The position numbers were made by a program, and so were the translations under genes. The notes under the pieces were generated by a model, which ran no database searches, had not been told where the DNA came from, and saw only the letters and a list, made by a program, of their open reading frames with translations. Positions 46,894-56,734 of a DNA stretch of 64,000 nt are shown piece after piece. Within the stretch, counting starts at the first letter, position 1, and each line of letters opens with the position of its first letter. The stretch comes from a virus: the IMG/VR virus record IMGVR_UViG_3300001683_000022, positions 5,251 through 69,250 of that record. One strand, 5' to 3'.

Positions 46894-47538
46894 ATGGAAT
46901 CTTTATATAAAAAAATACCTACCAATATGCGGTTATTCGGAGAGTTTGTGGGTGGAAATACCAGTCCTATCACCCGAGATGATTTCACCTCCGAAGAGAT
47001 TAACGAAATTAGGAATAGGGTATATGCAGCTAAGGAACGTAACTCTATTAGGGAAGAGGAACTGAAAGCTGAAATGGTAAGTATGGAGGAAGATGTTAAA
47101 AAGAACGGGCCTGATGGTTTCTATGGATGGGAGAATGGTAAGTATAAGACCTCTGAAGAATATCTTGAAAAACTCTCAAAGAAATTAGCCTCTTTCGAGA
47201 ACACAAGAGGCAAAACCTCTGTTAGTTATAATAGGGATGACTCAGGTACACCAACACAAGACGCAGGTATCTTCGGTGCTTTCGGTGCTAGTATGAAATC
47301 CCCCGCTTATAATATAGAAACTTCTTTAGGGCGATTTAATGCTTACGATACTTCCAAAGGTATAAGAATTAAGGATACATATAATTGGTCAAAGCCTGGG
47401 AAGCCAGTAAGTGTTAAAGATTTTCTTTACTATGGTGCACAGAATATAGGTTCACCGGAGAAATTAGGTAATCTTGTTGCCAGAACCTTTTTCAGGGGAA
47501 AGGAAAGGGATATTGATTTTGAAATAAAGGGAAAATAG
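46894..47538 (+). CDS. hypothetical protein
   Basis: 214-aa ORF; no family recognised. Confidence 0.7.
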   Translation: MESLYKKIPTNMRLFGEFVGGNTSPITRDDFTSEEINEIRNRVYAAKERNSIREEELKAEMVSMEEDVKKNGPDGFYGWENGKYKTSEEYLEKLSKKLASFENTRGKTSVSYNRDDSGTPTQDAGIFGAFGASMKSPAYNIETSLGRFNAYDTSKGIRIKDTYNWSKPGKPVSVKDFLYYGAQNIGSPEKLGNLVARTFFRGKERDIDFEIKGK

Positions 47539-47638
47539 GGTATTTAAGAAAATACTATAGTTTAACTAAACCCCTAAAGCGGTATACTATCTCTTCAATG
47601 TGGGTGTTTTAATTGCTTTCTATCCCCACTTACCTCTA

Positions 47639-47670
47639 GGTAAACCGATAGCGTAGCGGTAGGTTTACCG
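47639..47670. promoter_or_regulatory. inverted repeat GGTAAACC...GGTTTACC with inner GC-GTA-GC triloop
   Basis: Visible upstream of the terminase operon. Confidence 0.4.
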
Positions 47671-47688
47671 GCTTAATGTAGGAAATGT

Positions 47689-47961
47689 ATGCATCTTATA
47701 GTGTTATGTAGTGATTACCCTAATAGACCTCAATATGTTAGAAACTTTAGTTTATCTGTACCTGTCCATAGCTTTAAATTTATGGATCAATCTCCTAAGA
47801 GTATTGTAGTTAAGTTAGATAAAGGGGGAGCTAGTGAAGAAGTTACTGTTAGTAATTTGAGGAAATGTTTTAGTGAAGTAGATGATAAGTACGTGGTTAA
47901 GTATGCCAGTGAAAAAGTAAGAAATATGGTTGATAATTTATTAGAGAGGCATATCGTATGA
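47689..47961 (+). CDS. hypothetical protein
   Basis: AGGA Shine-Dalgarno; coupled to the next gene. Confidence 0.65.
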   Translation: MHLIVLCSDYPNRPQYVRNFSLSVPVHSFKFMDQSPKSIVVKLDKGGASEEVTVSNLRKCFSEVDDKYVVKYASEKVRNMVDNLLERHIV

Positions 47962-48653
47962 GTGAGTTAATGGATATTGCTGTATTTAAGAAAGTGCTGC
48001 CTAAAGGTTGTAGGGCTGCATTGACTGATACCATGGTTAATAATATTAATAATGTGATGGGGGATGTTGGCCTGTCCCAGAATTATAGAGATAATCTTAT
48101 TAGTTATACGTCTGTGATGAATGACGGTAAATATAAGATACAAGGCTATATTGACGCTGTTAGGTACGTTAGTTTTAAATTACTCGGTTCAAGTAATGTA
48201 GATGCGTATACTAAAACTTTCCCCGATAGATATAGCAGACTGATTGCTAATAGTACTAGTGCTAAGGATATTACCAGTTATGTAGCCGCTTATAATAAAA
48301 CTAAGCTGGTTCAAGGGGTGTTTGCCCAAACATTGACTCCTAGTCATGTATTAAATGCCGATCTGTATCAGAAAGCTATTAATGTTCAGGCATCGTTGAT
48401 GATAGATAGCGATGTTAGTCCTAAGGTGAGGAGTGATGCGGCAAATAGTCTTTTGTTACATTTGAAGGCACCTGAGGCAGCAAAGATTGAGTTGGATATA
48501 AATATTAAACAGGATAAGACTATTGATGCTTTGAGAGCGTCCACTTTGGAGTTAGTTAAGCAGCAAAGGTCTATGTTGGAGGGGGGTAATTTAAATGCTA
48601 GGGAAATAGCACATAGTAATATTTTGATTGAAGATGGGGAGATTGTAGACTAG
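47958..48653 (+). CDS. N4 gp69-like protein (putative small terminase)
   Basis: NLISYTSV..GKYK...Y..AV.YVS.KL.G, KTFPDRY, SPKVRSDAANSLL.HLK.PE. Confidence 0.85.
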   Translation: MSELMDIAVFKKVLPKGCRAALTDTMVNNINNVMGDVGLSQNYRDNLISYTSVMNDGKYKIQGYIDAVRYVSFKLLGSSNVDAYTKTFPDRYSRLIANSTSAKDITSYVAAYNKTKLVQGVFAQTLTPSHVLNADLYQKAINVQASLMIDSDVSPKVRSDAANSLLLHLKAPEAAKIELDINIKQDKTIDALRASTLELVKQQRSMLEGGNLNAREIAHSNILIEDGEIVD

Positions 48654-48717
48654 AATGTTAAGATTTTGAACTTAATGTCTTAGGTAATTTTATAAATTCA
48701 ACAAAGGTAAGAATATA

Positions 48718-50295
48718 ATGGAATCTACTGTAGAGGATTATTTAAACTCAGTATCTTACGATGACGACAGTTCTTATGTCCCTTCAGATTTTTCGTTAGA
48801 GTTTATTAATTTTATTAAATTAGTTAATGGGGCATCAGGGGAAGAGCATAAGTCCCCTGTTGTACATTACAATATGCTAGATAAGATTGGAGGTAAGCAA
48901 CAGAACATAGTTAATATGTGTTCACGGGGCTTAGCAAAAACTACTCTCTTAGGCGAATACCTAATTTTGTATATTGCTGTTTATGGCTCGATACCTGGGT
49001 TTGGTAAGGTACCGCTTGGGGTATATGTATCTGATAGCATCGAGAACGGTGTTAAGAATATGCGAAAGAATTTAGAATATAGATGGCAGAATAGTGATTT
49101 TTTGCAATATTATATTCCTAATACAAGGTTTACAGATGTCAGGTGGGAGTTTATTAACCGTGACGGTGTAATGACTGTATTCAAAGGCTATGGGGCGAAA
49201 ACAGGGGTGAGGGGAGCAAAAGAGATGGGTCAAAGACCATATCTTGCTATCCTAGATGATTTAGTTAGTGATGAAGATGCAAGGTCTGCTACGGTTATTG
49301 CTTCTATTGAAGATACCGTATATAAAGCTATTGATTATGCGTTACACCCTACAAGACGTAAGACTATTTGGAGCGGTACGCCATTTAATTCAAAAGACCC
49401 GTTGTATAAGGCTGTAGAATCAGGTGCATGGGCAGTTAATGTATATCCCGTATGTGAAGAATACCCATGCACTAAAGAAAATTTTAAAGGTGCTTGGGAA
49501 GATAGATTTACATATGAGTATGTTAAATCGCAACATGATAAGGCACTTAAGGCAGGTAAGATTGATACCTTTAATCAGGAGCTAATGCTCAGGATTATGT
49601 CTGATGAAGATAGGTTAGTACAAGATACCGATATTACTTGGTATAAAAGAAATACGGTTATTGATAATAGGGGGAAGTTTAATTTCTATATCACTACTGA
49701 TTTTGCCACCAGTGAAAAAACTAGCTCAGATTACAGTGTTATTTCTGTATGGGCATATAATAATGTAGGTTCATGGTTCTGGGTAGATGGTATTATTAAG
49801 AGACAGACTATGGATCATAATATAAATGATTTGTTTAGATTGGCTCAAGAATATAACCCACAGGGAGTGGGTATAGAGGTATCGGGACAACAGGGGGGAT
49901 TTATTCAATGGATTCAGAATGAAATGTTGTCTAGAAATATTTATTTTACTTTAACGAGTGATGTTAATTCAGGTAAGCCAGGTATACGACCCAATACAAA
50001 CAAACTTGTTAGATTTAACATTATGGTTCCCTTATTTAAGTTAAATAAAATATATTTACCTAAAGAAAGGAAAGAATCCTTTGAGATGCAGGAAGCTCTT
50101 AATGAATTAAAATTAGTTAGTTTATCTGGTATGAAATCTAAACACGATGATTGGTTAGATACTGTTAGTATGCTTGCTTCTATGAATCCTTGGAAACCTT
50201 CAGAAGAAACAACTATGGTAAAAGGTTCTAATGGAATATGGGAAGATGGCGAAGACGAAGATGAAGTTAGAAATTTAGCTTCTTACATTGTATAA
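48718..50295 (+). CDS. terminase large subunit (N4 gp68-like)
   Basis: RGLAKTT, ILDDL, GTPF, TTDFATS, HDD.LDT.SML. Confidence 0.95.
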   Translation: MESTVEDYLNSVSYDDDSSYVPSDFSLEFINFIKLVNGASGEEHKSPVVHYNMLDKIGGKQQNIVNMCSRGLAKTTLLGEYLILYIAVYGSIPGFGKVPLGVYVSDSIENGVKNMRKNLEYRWQNSDFLQYYIPNTRFTDVRWEFINRDGVMTVFKGYGAKTGVRGAKEMGQRPYLAILDDLVSDEDARSATVIASIEDTVYKAIDYALHPTRRKTIWSGTPFNSKDPLYKAVESGAWAVNVYPVCEEYPCTKENFKGAWEDRFTYEYVKSQHDKALKAGKIDTFNQELMLRIMSDEDRLVQDTDITWYKRNTVIDNRGKFNFYITTDFATSEKTSSDYSVISVWAYNNVGSWFWVDGIIKRQTMDHNINDLFRLAQEYNPQGVGIEVSGQQGGFIQWIQNEMLSRNIYFTLTSDVNSGKPGIRPNTNKLVRFNIMVPLFKLNKIYLPKERKESFEMQEALNELKLVSLSGMKSKHDDWLDTVSMLASMNPWKPSEETTMVKGSNGIWEDGEDEDEVRNLASYIV

Positions 50296-50303
50296 GAGGA
50301 AGT

Positions 50304-53300
50304 ATGGCTGAAGATATTGAAAAACTTAGAATAGCACTAGAGAAACTTAAAATAAGCATCCACTATTTGGATGTTTTAATGGCTAATGATGTTATTCAAG
50401 ATAATGATATTGATAAGCTGCAGTTACAAGTAGCGGAATTTCTTTTAGATGTTGAAGTACTTGGATCAAGATTAGATGTAAAAGAAACCGAAAACTCTGA
50501 GATATCCGTAAGCTTAGGAAATTTAGAGGCAGGGTTAACAGATTTAAGTACTCAGTATGTTAATTCTCTTGCGTCTATTACCCATAACCAAGAAACCTTT
50601 GTTGATGATTTAGAAGCATCTGCTTCTTCAGTTACAGAAGTAAGAGCTTTATTGGCAGATGAGACAGGTAGGATAGATGGTCAAGCTATATTAGTTAACG
50701 ATCTCTCTACTAAAGTTATAAGGACTGCAGCAGGTGTAACTGCCAATGCATTAGCATCTACAGCATTATCTGCAGAAGTAGATAATGTATCTGCTAGTTT
50801 GGTGAATACTCAAGAGGTAGTGGCTTCAAATACTTTAGCTACCTCAGAAAGCATTACAGCACTAGAGTCAGGTATTGTAGGGTTAAATGGATTTTATGCT
50901 GCAAATTCCACTGCACTTATGGAATTAGGTACACGTACCGAAGATACTGAGGATGGTCTTGTAGCTTCTGCTGAAGGTCTTACAGAATTATCAGCTACAG
51001 TGGGTGATAATACTTCTAATCTCGCTGAAGAGATTAGTGTACGGGCTGGTGAAACAAGTGCGATAGCTGCATCATTAGATCTTTTAAATATTAATGTAGG
51101 AGCTCTTTCAGCATCTTTTATAGATGAAGTAGAATTACGTGCAGATGGTGACATTGTAACCGCCTCTAGTATTACTTCTTTGACTACTACTTCGGGTATA
51201 AATTCAGCTACCATATCTACTGTGACTGAATCTGTTAATGGGCTATCTGCTAGTTATGGGGTAACTATTGATGTTGGTGGGAATATCTCTGGCTTCGGAC
51301 TATTAGCCAAATCACCTAACTATACTCCTCCTACTGTTCTTCTGGATTCCAATGGGGATCCTATTTTAGATTCCGAAGGGAATGAAATTCCTGAAGATCC
51401 AACTATACCTGCTGTAGGTGAGGGATTAAGTAAGTTTTGGGTAAGAGCAGATACCTTCTCAATTATTAATCCATTAAACGATTCTGTGCATCCTCCCTTT
51501 GAAGTGAAGGGTGGGGATGTATTTATTAGGGATGCATATATAGAAGACGCTTCAATTACTAATGCTAAGATTGGTAATTATATTGAAAGTGGTAACTGGG
51601 ATGATATTTTTAAGCAGGGATGGCACATAAATAAAACCGGTGCAGCTTATTTTAATGAGCTTACTGTTACAGATACTGCTGGAAATACAATCTTGTCTAG
51701 CGGTACAGGCATTTCCTCTGATTTTGCAACCAGAAATGTATTTAAAGGGTATTGGGTCACTGGAACTGCTTATAAAGTTGGGGATATTGTGCTCGGTGCA
51801 TTAGGTTATGGGTGGAGTTGTATGAACGCACATACCTCTAGTACGGTTTTTACTGTACCCGTATATCCTATTGATTATAATAGTAACTGGACTCTTTATG
51901 CAGTTAAGGGTGTTGATGCCATTACCACTATTTTAGGTAATGAAACACATACATTTTCTGCTGGAGTTGACGGTACTGTAGGGTCTTATACTGGATCAGG
52001 CACAACGCTTAGAGTTTTTGATGGTGCTAGGGAGATAATATATGATGAGACGGGTACAGATAATGGTACTTGGAAAGTTACTACTGCAGCCACCAACATT
52101 ACTTTAGGTACATTAACTGACTCAGGGGATCATTTAACTATTGGCGATCATAGTGCAGTGGCTGCTAGTACAGATGTATCCTCTATTATTTATACAATTA
52201 CAGGTAAGAGATTTGATGGATCAGCTTTAAGTATTACAACGCAACAATCTTTTTCTAAGAGTAAAGCAGGTATTAATGGCGATAGTTACACTGGTACCGT
52301 TGAGCATTATAAATTAACTAATAGCACTAATGCTCCAACTATTGAGTCTGGTTCATGGCTAACAAGCCCACAGAATCCAACGTCCACTAACCAATATTTA
52401 TGGAACTATAATGCAAATACTAGAACCATAGGTGCCGACATCAATAGTCCTGTGAGTTTAATCACACAGTATGTTGAAGATGGTCGAGGAATATCCTCTA
52501 TAGGAGAGGTATACGCTAAAAGTAATTCAGATACTATTGCTCCTACAACTTGGGATGATACTATTACAGCCACTCTTCCTTTAAGTGATACATCGCCCTA
52601 CTTGTGGAACAAAACCACTATTACCTATAGTGATGCTACTACAACCAGTACCTCTACTATTATAGCAATTAAAGGTATTGATGCAGACGCACTAACTGTA
52701 AGTACTAGCACAGTTGCTGGTGTAACCACATTAACATTCAGTGATGGTACCACTACAACTATTGATGACGGTACGTCTTCTGGTGTTAAAATCATATACG
52801 CAACTGATGCCTCTGGCACCGATGCATCGTTTACTCAAGGTACTAGAAGATATGCTAATTACTATGAGTGGACAGGTAACGCACCTACAGATGTACCTAC
52901 TCCTACTCCACCACTTACTTATACCTTATTCATTGGTGAGGATGGTGACCACTCTGGTGTGTTACCTGTGTACGCTGATGATGCAGCTGGAACTAATGCT
53001 TCTTTTAGTAAAAGAAGCAGAAATAAAGATTACGTTAACTTCTATGAGTGGACAGAGACTGCCCCAATAACTATGTCTGATATTCCTGCAAACTTAACAT
53101 ATGTTAAGTTCGTAGGGTCAACTGCTCGCGGCCCAGGCTTTGACGCTGTACCTGCATACAGTAACGCTGATTATAGTTCAGTCACTTACGATGAATCAGA
53201 AGCAGCCTTAGTGCTACAGTCTGACACAGACACCGCCACAGGTATGGCTTACCCAGCATTTAATGTAGAAGCGGGCAATGTTGTTAAGTTCTCTGTAACT

Positions 53301-54170
53301 TATAAATCGTCATCTGCTGCTAGCACTGGGCTTTATGTCAGGGTATATGAGTATGATAGTGATTTGCCATCTGGTAAGTTAGCGATTTCTAATTCAGCTA
53401 CAAACTCGGTTGTTCAAGAGGATACGAGGAATGGGACTATTTCTCCCACCAAGGAGAATAAGGCAGTAACTACTTCATACCAGACTCAAAATTTCACCTA
53501 TACACCCACTAGCAGTGCTAAATGGGCTAGTGTTGTGATATTGAACTGGAGTGGGATGGGGAATAACTCTCTCTTTGTTAAAGCAGTTAAGGGGGATATG
53601 ATTGGTTCGGCTGGGGCTCAGGGGCCAGCAGTGGTTGTAACATCTAGCAGACAAACTAGTTTTACATCTACAGATACCGCCTTAGATAGTGGGCAGAGTG
53701 CTATCACTTTTACGGCAACAGTTAGTGGAGTATCCTCTCCCACTTATGTGTGGTCGCAAGTAGGATGCCAGACAGCTCCCAGAGTCTCTACATCGAATAC
53801 CTACATAGTAACAGCGGCACAATTTGGAACTGCTGAATCGGTTAAGATTAAATGTACCGTAAGTGGGGCATATACAGATGATGTAACTATTGTAAGGTTG
53901 GATTCTTCAACCGCTGCTGCTAATGCAACTGTAGGTGCTACATTTGGTACTAATATTGGTGGACAAATTACTAGTGGTACTGCATCTACTTATATAGCCG
54001 ATGCTGCAATAGGCTCGGCTCAAGTAGGGAGTATTAAACTTGTTGGGAATTCTAATTTCTCAGTAAAATCGAGTGTAGCAGGACAACGTATAGAGATGGA
54101 TGGAGATTCAATAAAAGTTTATGATGCGAGTGGAACTGTAAGAGTTAAAATGGGGAACCTAAATGCGTAA
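50304..54170 (+). CDS. central tail fibre / host-specificity J-like protein
   Basis: Coiled-coil N-terminus, ISGFGL...F.V.ADTF.I, PFEV.GG.VFI.DAYI.DASITNAKIG, C-terminal VYDASGTVRVKMGNL. Confidence 0.8.
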   Translation: MAEDIEKLRIALEKLKISIHYLDVLMANDVIQDNDIDKLQLQVAEFLLDVEVLGSRLDVKETENSEISVSLGNLEAGLTDLSTQYVNSLASITHNQETFVDDLEASASSVTEVRALLADETGRIDGQAILVNDLSTKVIRTAAGVTANALASTALSAEVDNVSASLVNTQEVVASNTLATSESITALESGIVGLNGFYAANSTALMELGTRTEDTEDGLVASAEGLTELSATVGDNTSNLAEEISVRAGETSAIAASLDLLNINVGALSASFIDEVELRADGDIVTASSITSLTTTSGINSATISTVTESVNGLSASYGVTIDVGGNISGFGLLAKSPNYTPPTVLLDSNGDPILDSEGNEIPEDPTIPAVGEGLSKFWVRADTFSIINPLNDSVHPPFEVKGGDVFIRDAYIEDASITNAKIGNYIESGNWDDIFKQGWHINKTGAAYFNELTVTDTAGNTILSSGTGISSDFATRNVFKGYWVTGTAYKVGDIVLGALGYGWSCMNAHTSSTVFTVPVYPIDYNSNWTLYAVKGVDAITTILGNETHTFSAGVDGTVGSYTGSGTTLRVFDGAREIIYDETGTDNGTWKVTTAATNITLGTLTDSGDHLTIGDHSAVAASTDVSSIIYTITGKRFDGSALSITTQQSFSKSKAGINGDSYTGTVEHYKLTNSTNAPTIESGSWLTSPQNPTSTNQYLWNYNANTRTIGADINSPVSLITQYVEDGRGISSIGEVYAKSNSDTIAPTTWDDTITATLPLSDTSPYLWNKTTITYSDATTTSTSTIIAIKGIDADALTVSTSTVAGVTTLTFSDGTTTTIDDGTSSGVKIIYATDASGTDASFTQGTRRYANYYEWTGNAPTDVPTPTPPLTYTLFIGEDGDHSGVLPVYADDAAGTNASFSKRSRNKDYVNFYEWTETAPITMSDIPANLTYVKFVGSTARGPGFDAVPAYSNADYSSVTYDESEAALVLQSDTDTATGMAYPAFNVEAGNVVKFSVTYKSSSAASTGLYVRVYEYDSDLPSGKLAISNSATNSVVQEDTRNGTISPTKENKAVTTSYQTQNFTYTPTSSAKWASVVILNWSGMGNNSLFVKAVKGDMIGSAGAQGPAVVVTSSRQTSFTSTDTALDSGQSAITFTATVSGVSSPTYVWSQVGCQTAPRVSTSNTYIVTAAQFGTAESVKIKCTVSGAYTDDVTIVRLDSSTAAANATVGATFGTNIGGQITSGTASTYIADAAIGSAQVGSIKLVGNSNFSVKSSVAGQRIEMDGDSIKVYDASGTVRVKMGNLNA

Positions 54171-54188
54171 GCTAGTAGGAATAGTATA

Positions 54189-54470
54189 ATGCCATATGGT
54201 TTACAAGTACGGAACTCTGGTGGAGATATAATATTAGATACTACTTATAGGATCACAAGGGTTCACGCCACTATAACGCATCAGCTATTACTGTCGCCAG
54301 GTTTCTTTTATATCCCTGTCCCTGGCATGAGGCTGGATGGTACGTGGGCTGTCTCCACAAGTAATAATTTCCTTGAACTGGTACCTGAAACTAACAGAAT
54401 TAGGGGATATTATATGTTATATGGTGGAACAGTTATACGAGCGACCAAAATTCAAATTCTTAGGTATTAA
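54189..54470 (+). CDS. tail-tip accessory protein
   Basis: MPYGLQVRNSGG.IILD type of gene that follows J-like fibres. Confidence 0.65.
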   Translation: MPYGLQVRNSGGDIILDTTYRITRVHATITHQLLLSPGFFYIPVPGMRLDGTWAVSTSNNFLELVPETNRIRGYYMLYGGTVIRATKIQILRY

Positions 54471-54504
54471 AATTAGGTACAGATTAAACCTTTAGGAGGA
54501 TAAC

Positions 54505-55251
54505 ATGAGCTTTGGATTTTCAAGTAAAAATAATAATGGTATTACCCAGATAGATCAAAACTTTCGTAACTATAGTCTTTTTTCTCTCTCTACAATCAAT
54601 TTAGGAGGATATGTAGAAGTACCTCACGATCAAGATTATCTTATGTTCTTTAGACCATTGACAATAATCCCAGGCAACAAATTATGGTTCTCTCATAACG
54701 GCTGGGTTAATAAGCATTATGATCCATGGAAAAGGCATGCTAATGGTACTCATTGGGCTGATGAACCTGAGTGGACGTATTACGGGGGTATATACGGATC
54801 ATACGGGGGTGAAAACAAACGGGCTTATGGTGTACCATTAGAAGTAGCGGTTTTCAGTCCTGTAGCGATGGGGCCACAAAATAATTACGGGTTAGAGGTT
54901 TTTAATAGTTCAGGAGAGGTGGTATTTTCGTCTAATAATACATATGCTAACATCGTTGCGGCAGGTATGCATTATGGTGCTCACCACGTTACTGTACCAA
55001 CGCAACCCGATCTTTTTATGTCCGCAACTGTACACGAAGATAGGAATTTATATGTTTATGCGGGTGGTTTATACCCTGACTATGAAGACTATGACGGGGA
55101 ATTAGCTCTAGGTGTGAGATTTCTTTCTGCAACCTCATTTCAGTGGGGCAGTCATAGTGTATTTGGGCAGTTTTACTCCGACCCAGAAGACCCCATGGGG
55201 GATATTAGGTCTTATGCTCAAGATAAATTACAAATGGTAGGAGAGTTTTAG
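54505..55251 (+). CDS. tail-tip accessory / receptor-binding protein
   Basis: MSFGF...N..G..QID.NF.NY and YGLEVFNSSGEVVFSS repeats. Confidence 0.65.
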   Translation: MSFGFSSKNNNGITQIDQNFRNYSLFSLSTINLGGYVEVPHDQDYLMFFRPLTIIPGNKLWFSHNGWVNKHYDPWKRHANGTHWADEPEWTYYGGIYGSYGGENKRAYGVPLEVAVFSPVAMGPQNNYGLEVFNSSGEVVFSSNNTYANIVAAGMHYGAHHVTVPTQPDLFMSATVHEDRNLYVYAGGLYPDYEDYDGELALGVRFLSATSFQWGSHSVFGQFYSDPEDPMGDIRSYAQDKLQMVGEF

Positions 55252-55841
55252 TGGGTGTTGTAGGGAATCAGGTAGGATATTTCGATCAAGATGGAAATTG
55301 TATTTCTTTAATGACGGTAAATGCTGCAATTGTAGAAGGTATAGGGGAGTTGGGGTTCTATGGGAAGAATATAGTCAGTGATCTGTCTCCTCTAGATATT
55401 CTTAACACAGTGTATCTAACGGAAGATAAGCAATTAGCTTATAGGTCTAAGAGACCTTCTGAGAATCATCATTATGTAGACGGTGTCTGGGTTATTGACA
55501 TAATCCCCTTCCGAAAATCTGAGTACAATATACTTAAGGTAAATCTTTACCGTTATATAGTAAAAGACTCTCATATGCCGATGTGGAAACAGGTAAACCT
55601 GTTAGATATCTGGGCAGAGTTGAGCATCAAGAGTATAACCTCAGCTACAGGTCTTACTTTGGAGGAACAAGCTTCCTTAGACTATTCAGCGTCAGTTCGC
55701 AGCTGGAAAAACAATCTACTTTCAGAACGGGATCGTGTGAAGGGTGAGATTGAAATTGCGGAGAGCGAGGCTGAGATAGTGAGTGCTATAGCGTCTTTCC
55801 ATTATGTGGATATCCCAACCTCCAAAAGTTTGAATACTTAA
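55251..55841 (+). CDS. tail fibre assembly chaperone-like protein
   Basis: RPSENHHYVDGVWVID; C-terminal EIEIAESEAEI. Confidence 0.55.
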   Translation: MGVVGNQVGYFDQDGNCISLMTVNAAIVEGIGELGFYGKNIVSDLSPLDILNTVYLTEDKQLAYRSKRPSENHHYVDGVWVIDIIPFRKSEYNILKVNLYRYIVKDSHMPMWKQVNLLDIWAELSIKSITSATGLTLEEQASLDYSASVRSWKNNLLSERDRVKGEIEIAESEAEIVSAIASFHYVDIPTSKSLNT

Positions 55842-55898
55842 AGACATATATAGTTTCTATTGCAGCATTTCCCTAGTTAAGGTATAAGATTACAATAA

Positions 55899-56108
55899 TT
55901 GTTACTTAAAGTTAAAGTAAATAAAGAGAATAAACACTGTTATCATGTAAAGTGTAATAAAGGTATCTTAGAATTAAATGATCTAGCTCCTTGTGAACTA
56001 GAAGACTGGGTTGAAGATAATATAAAAACTAATGCAGACATCAAGAAGGTACGTAAGGTTCTTCTTAAGAGAGCATTTATAACGGATATAACCCAAAGGA
56101 TATTATGA
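55899..56108 (+). CDS. hypothetical protein
   Basis: ORF coupled to the next gene. Confidence 0.5.
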   Translation: MLLKVKVNKENKHCYHVKCNKGILELNDLAPCELEDWVEDNIKTNADIKKVRKVLLKRAFITDITQRIL

Positions 56109-56734
56109 AAGTAATAGATGTTCTTAATGCATTAAAACATGGTGAGTTGTCTAACTCCCATTTATCAGAAGCTTTATTAGACCCCACTACGGATAGGAGT
56201 CAGGTATTTAATTATATTAATAGAGCTATTGTAGATATTAATAATGAATTTAATTTGAATGAGAGTGAGGTATTTTTAACTCTTCAAGAAAACGTAGCAA
56301 AGTACTCCATTTCAGCTGCTAAAGTAATTAAGATAATAGGTGTATTTAGATCAGATGGTGTAGAGCTCAGTTTAAATGGTGCTGCAGATCCCCTCATGTC
56401 CGTCTATATACCTTCATTTAATAACATAGAATATTATGGATTAAATAAGGCTTCAGCAACAACAACTGATTTTTTATCTATTATTTATTTAAAAGAGTTT
56501 GATAAAGTGGTAACTGATTTAGATGATATTTCTCTGCCTACAACATTCCTTGAATGCATTACTAGTTACGTAGGTTATTTAGCCCAACATTCTTTAGGTA
56601 TAGCAGACAATACTGTAGCTACTGGATTTAAAGTTACTTATCTAGAAAGTATTTCTAAGGTTAGACGCTTAGGGCTTATACCGGATGTATATAGTAAACA
56701 TGCTTATTGGTTAACTAAAAAAGGGTTTGTATAA
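56105..56734 (+). CDS. head-tail adaptor (N4 gp67-like)
   Basis: L..GELSN, YINRA....EF.L.E.EV, VIKI..V, C-terminal KKGFV. Confidence 0.8.
   Translation: MKVIDVLNALKHGELSNSHLSEALLDPTTDRSQVFNYINRAIVDINNEFNLNESEVFLTLQENVAKYSISAAKVIKIIGVFRSDGVELSLNGAADPLMSVYIPSFNNIEYYGLNKASATTTDFLSIIYLKEFDKVVTDLDDISLPTTFLECITSYVGYLAQHSLGIADNTVATGFKVTYLESISKVRRLGLIPDVYSKHAYWLTKKGFV

Noticed and set aside
36570-50295. Inteins or introns in RNR, RNAPs or terminase
   Set aside because: Proteins are of normal length with no intein or HNH signatures
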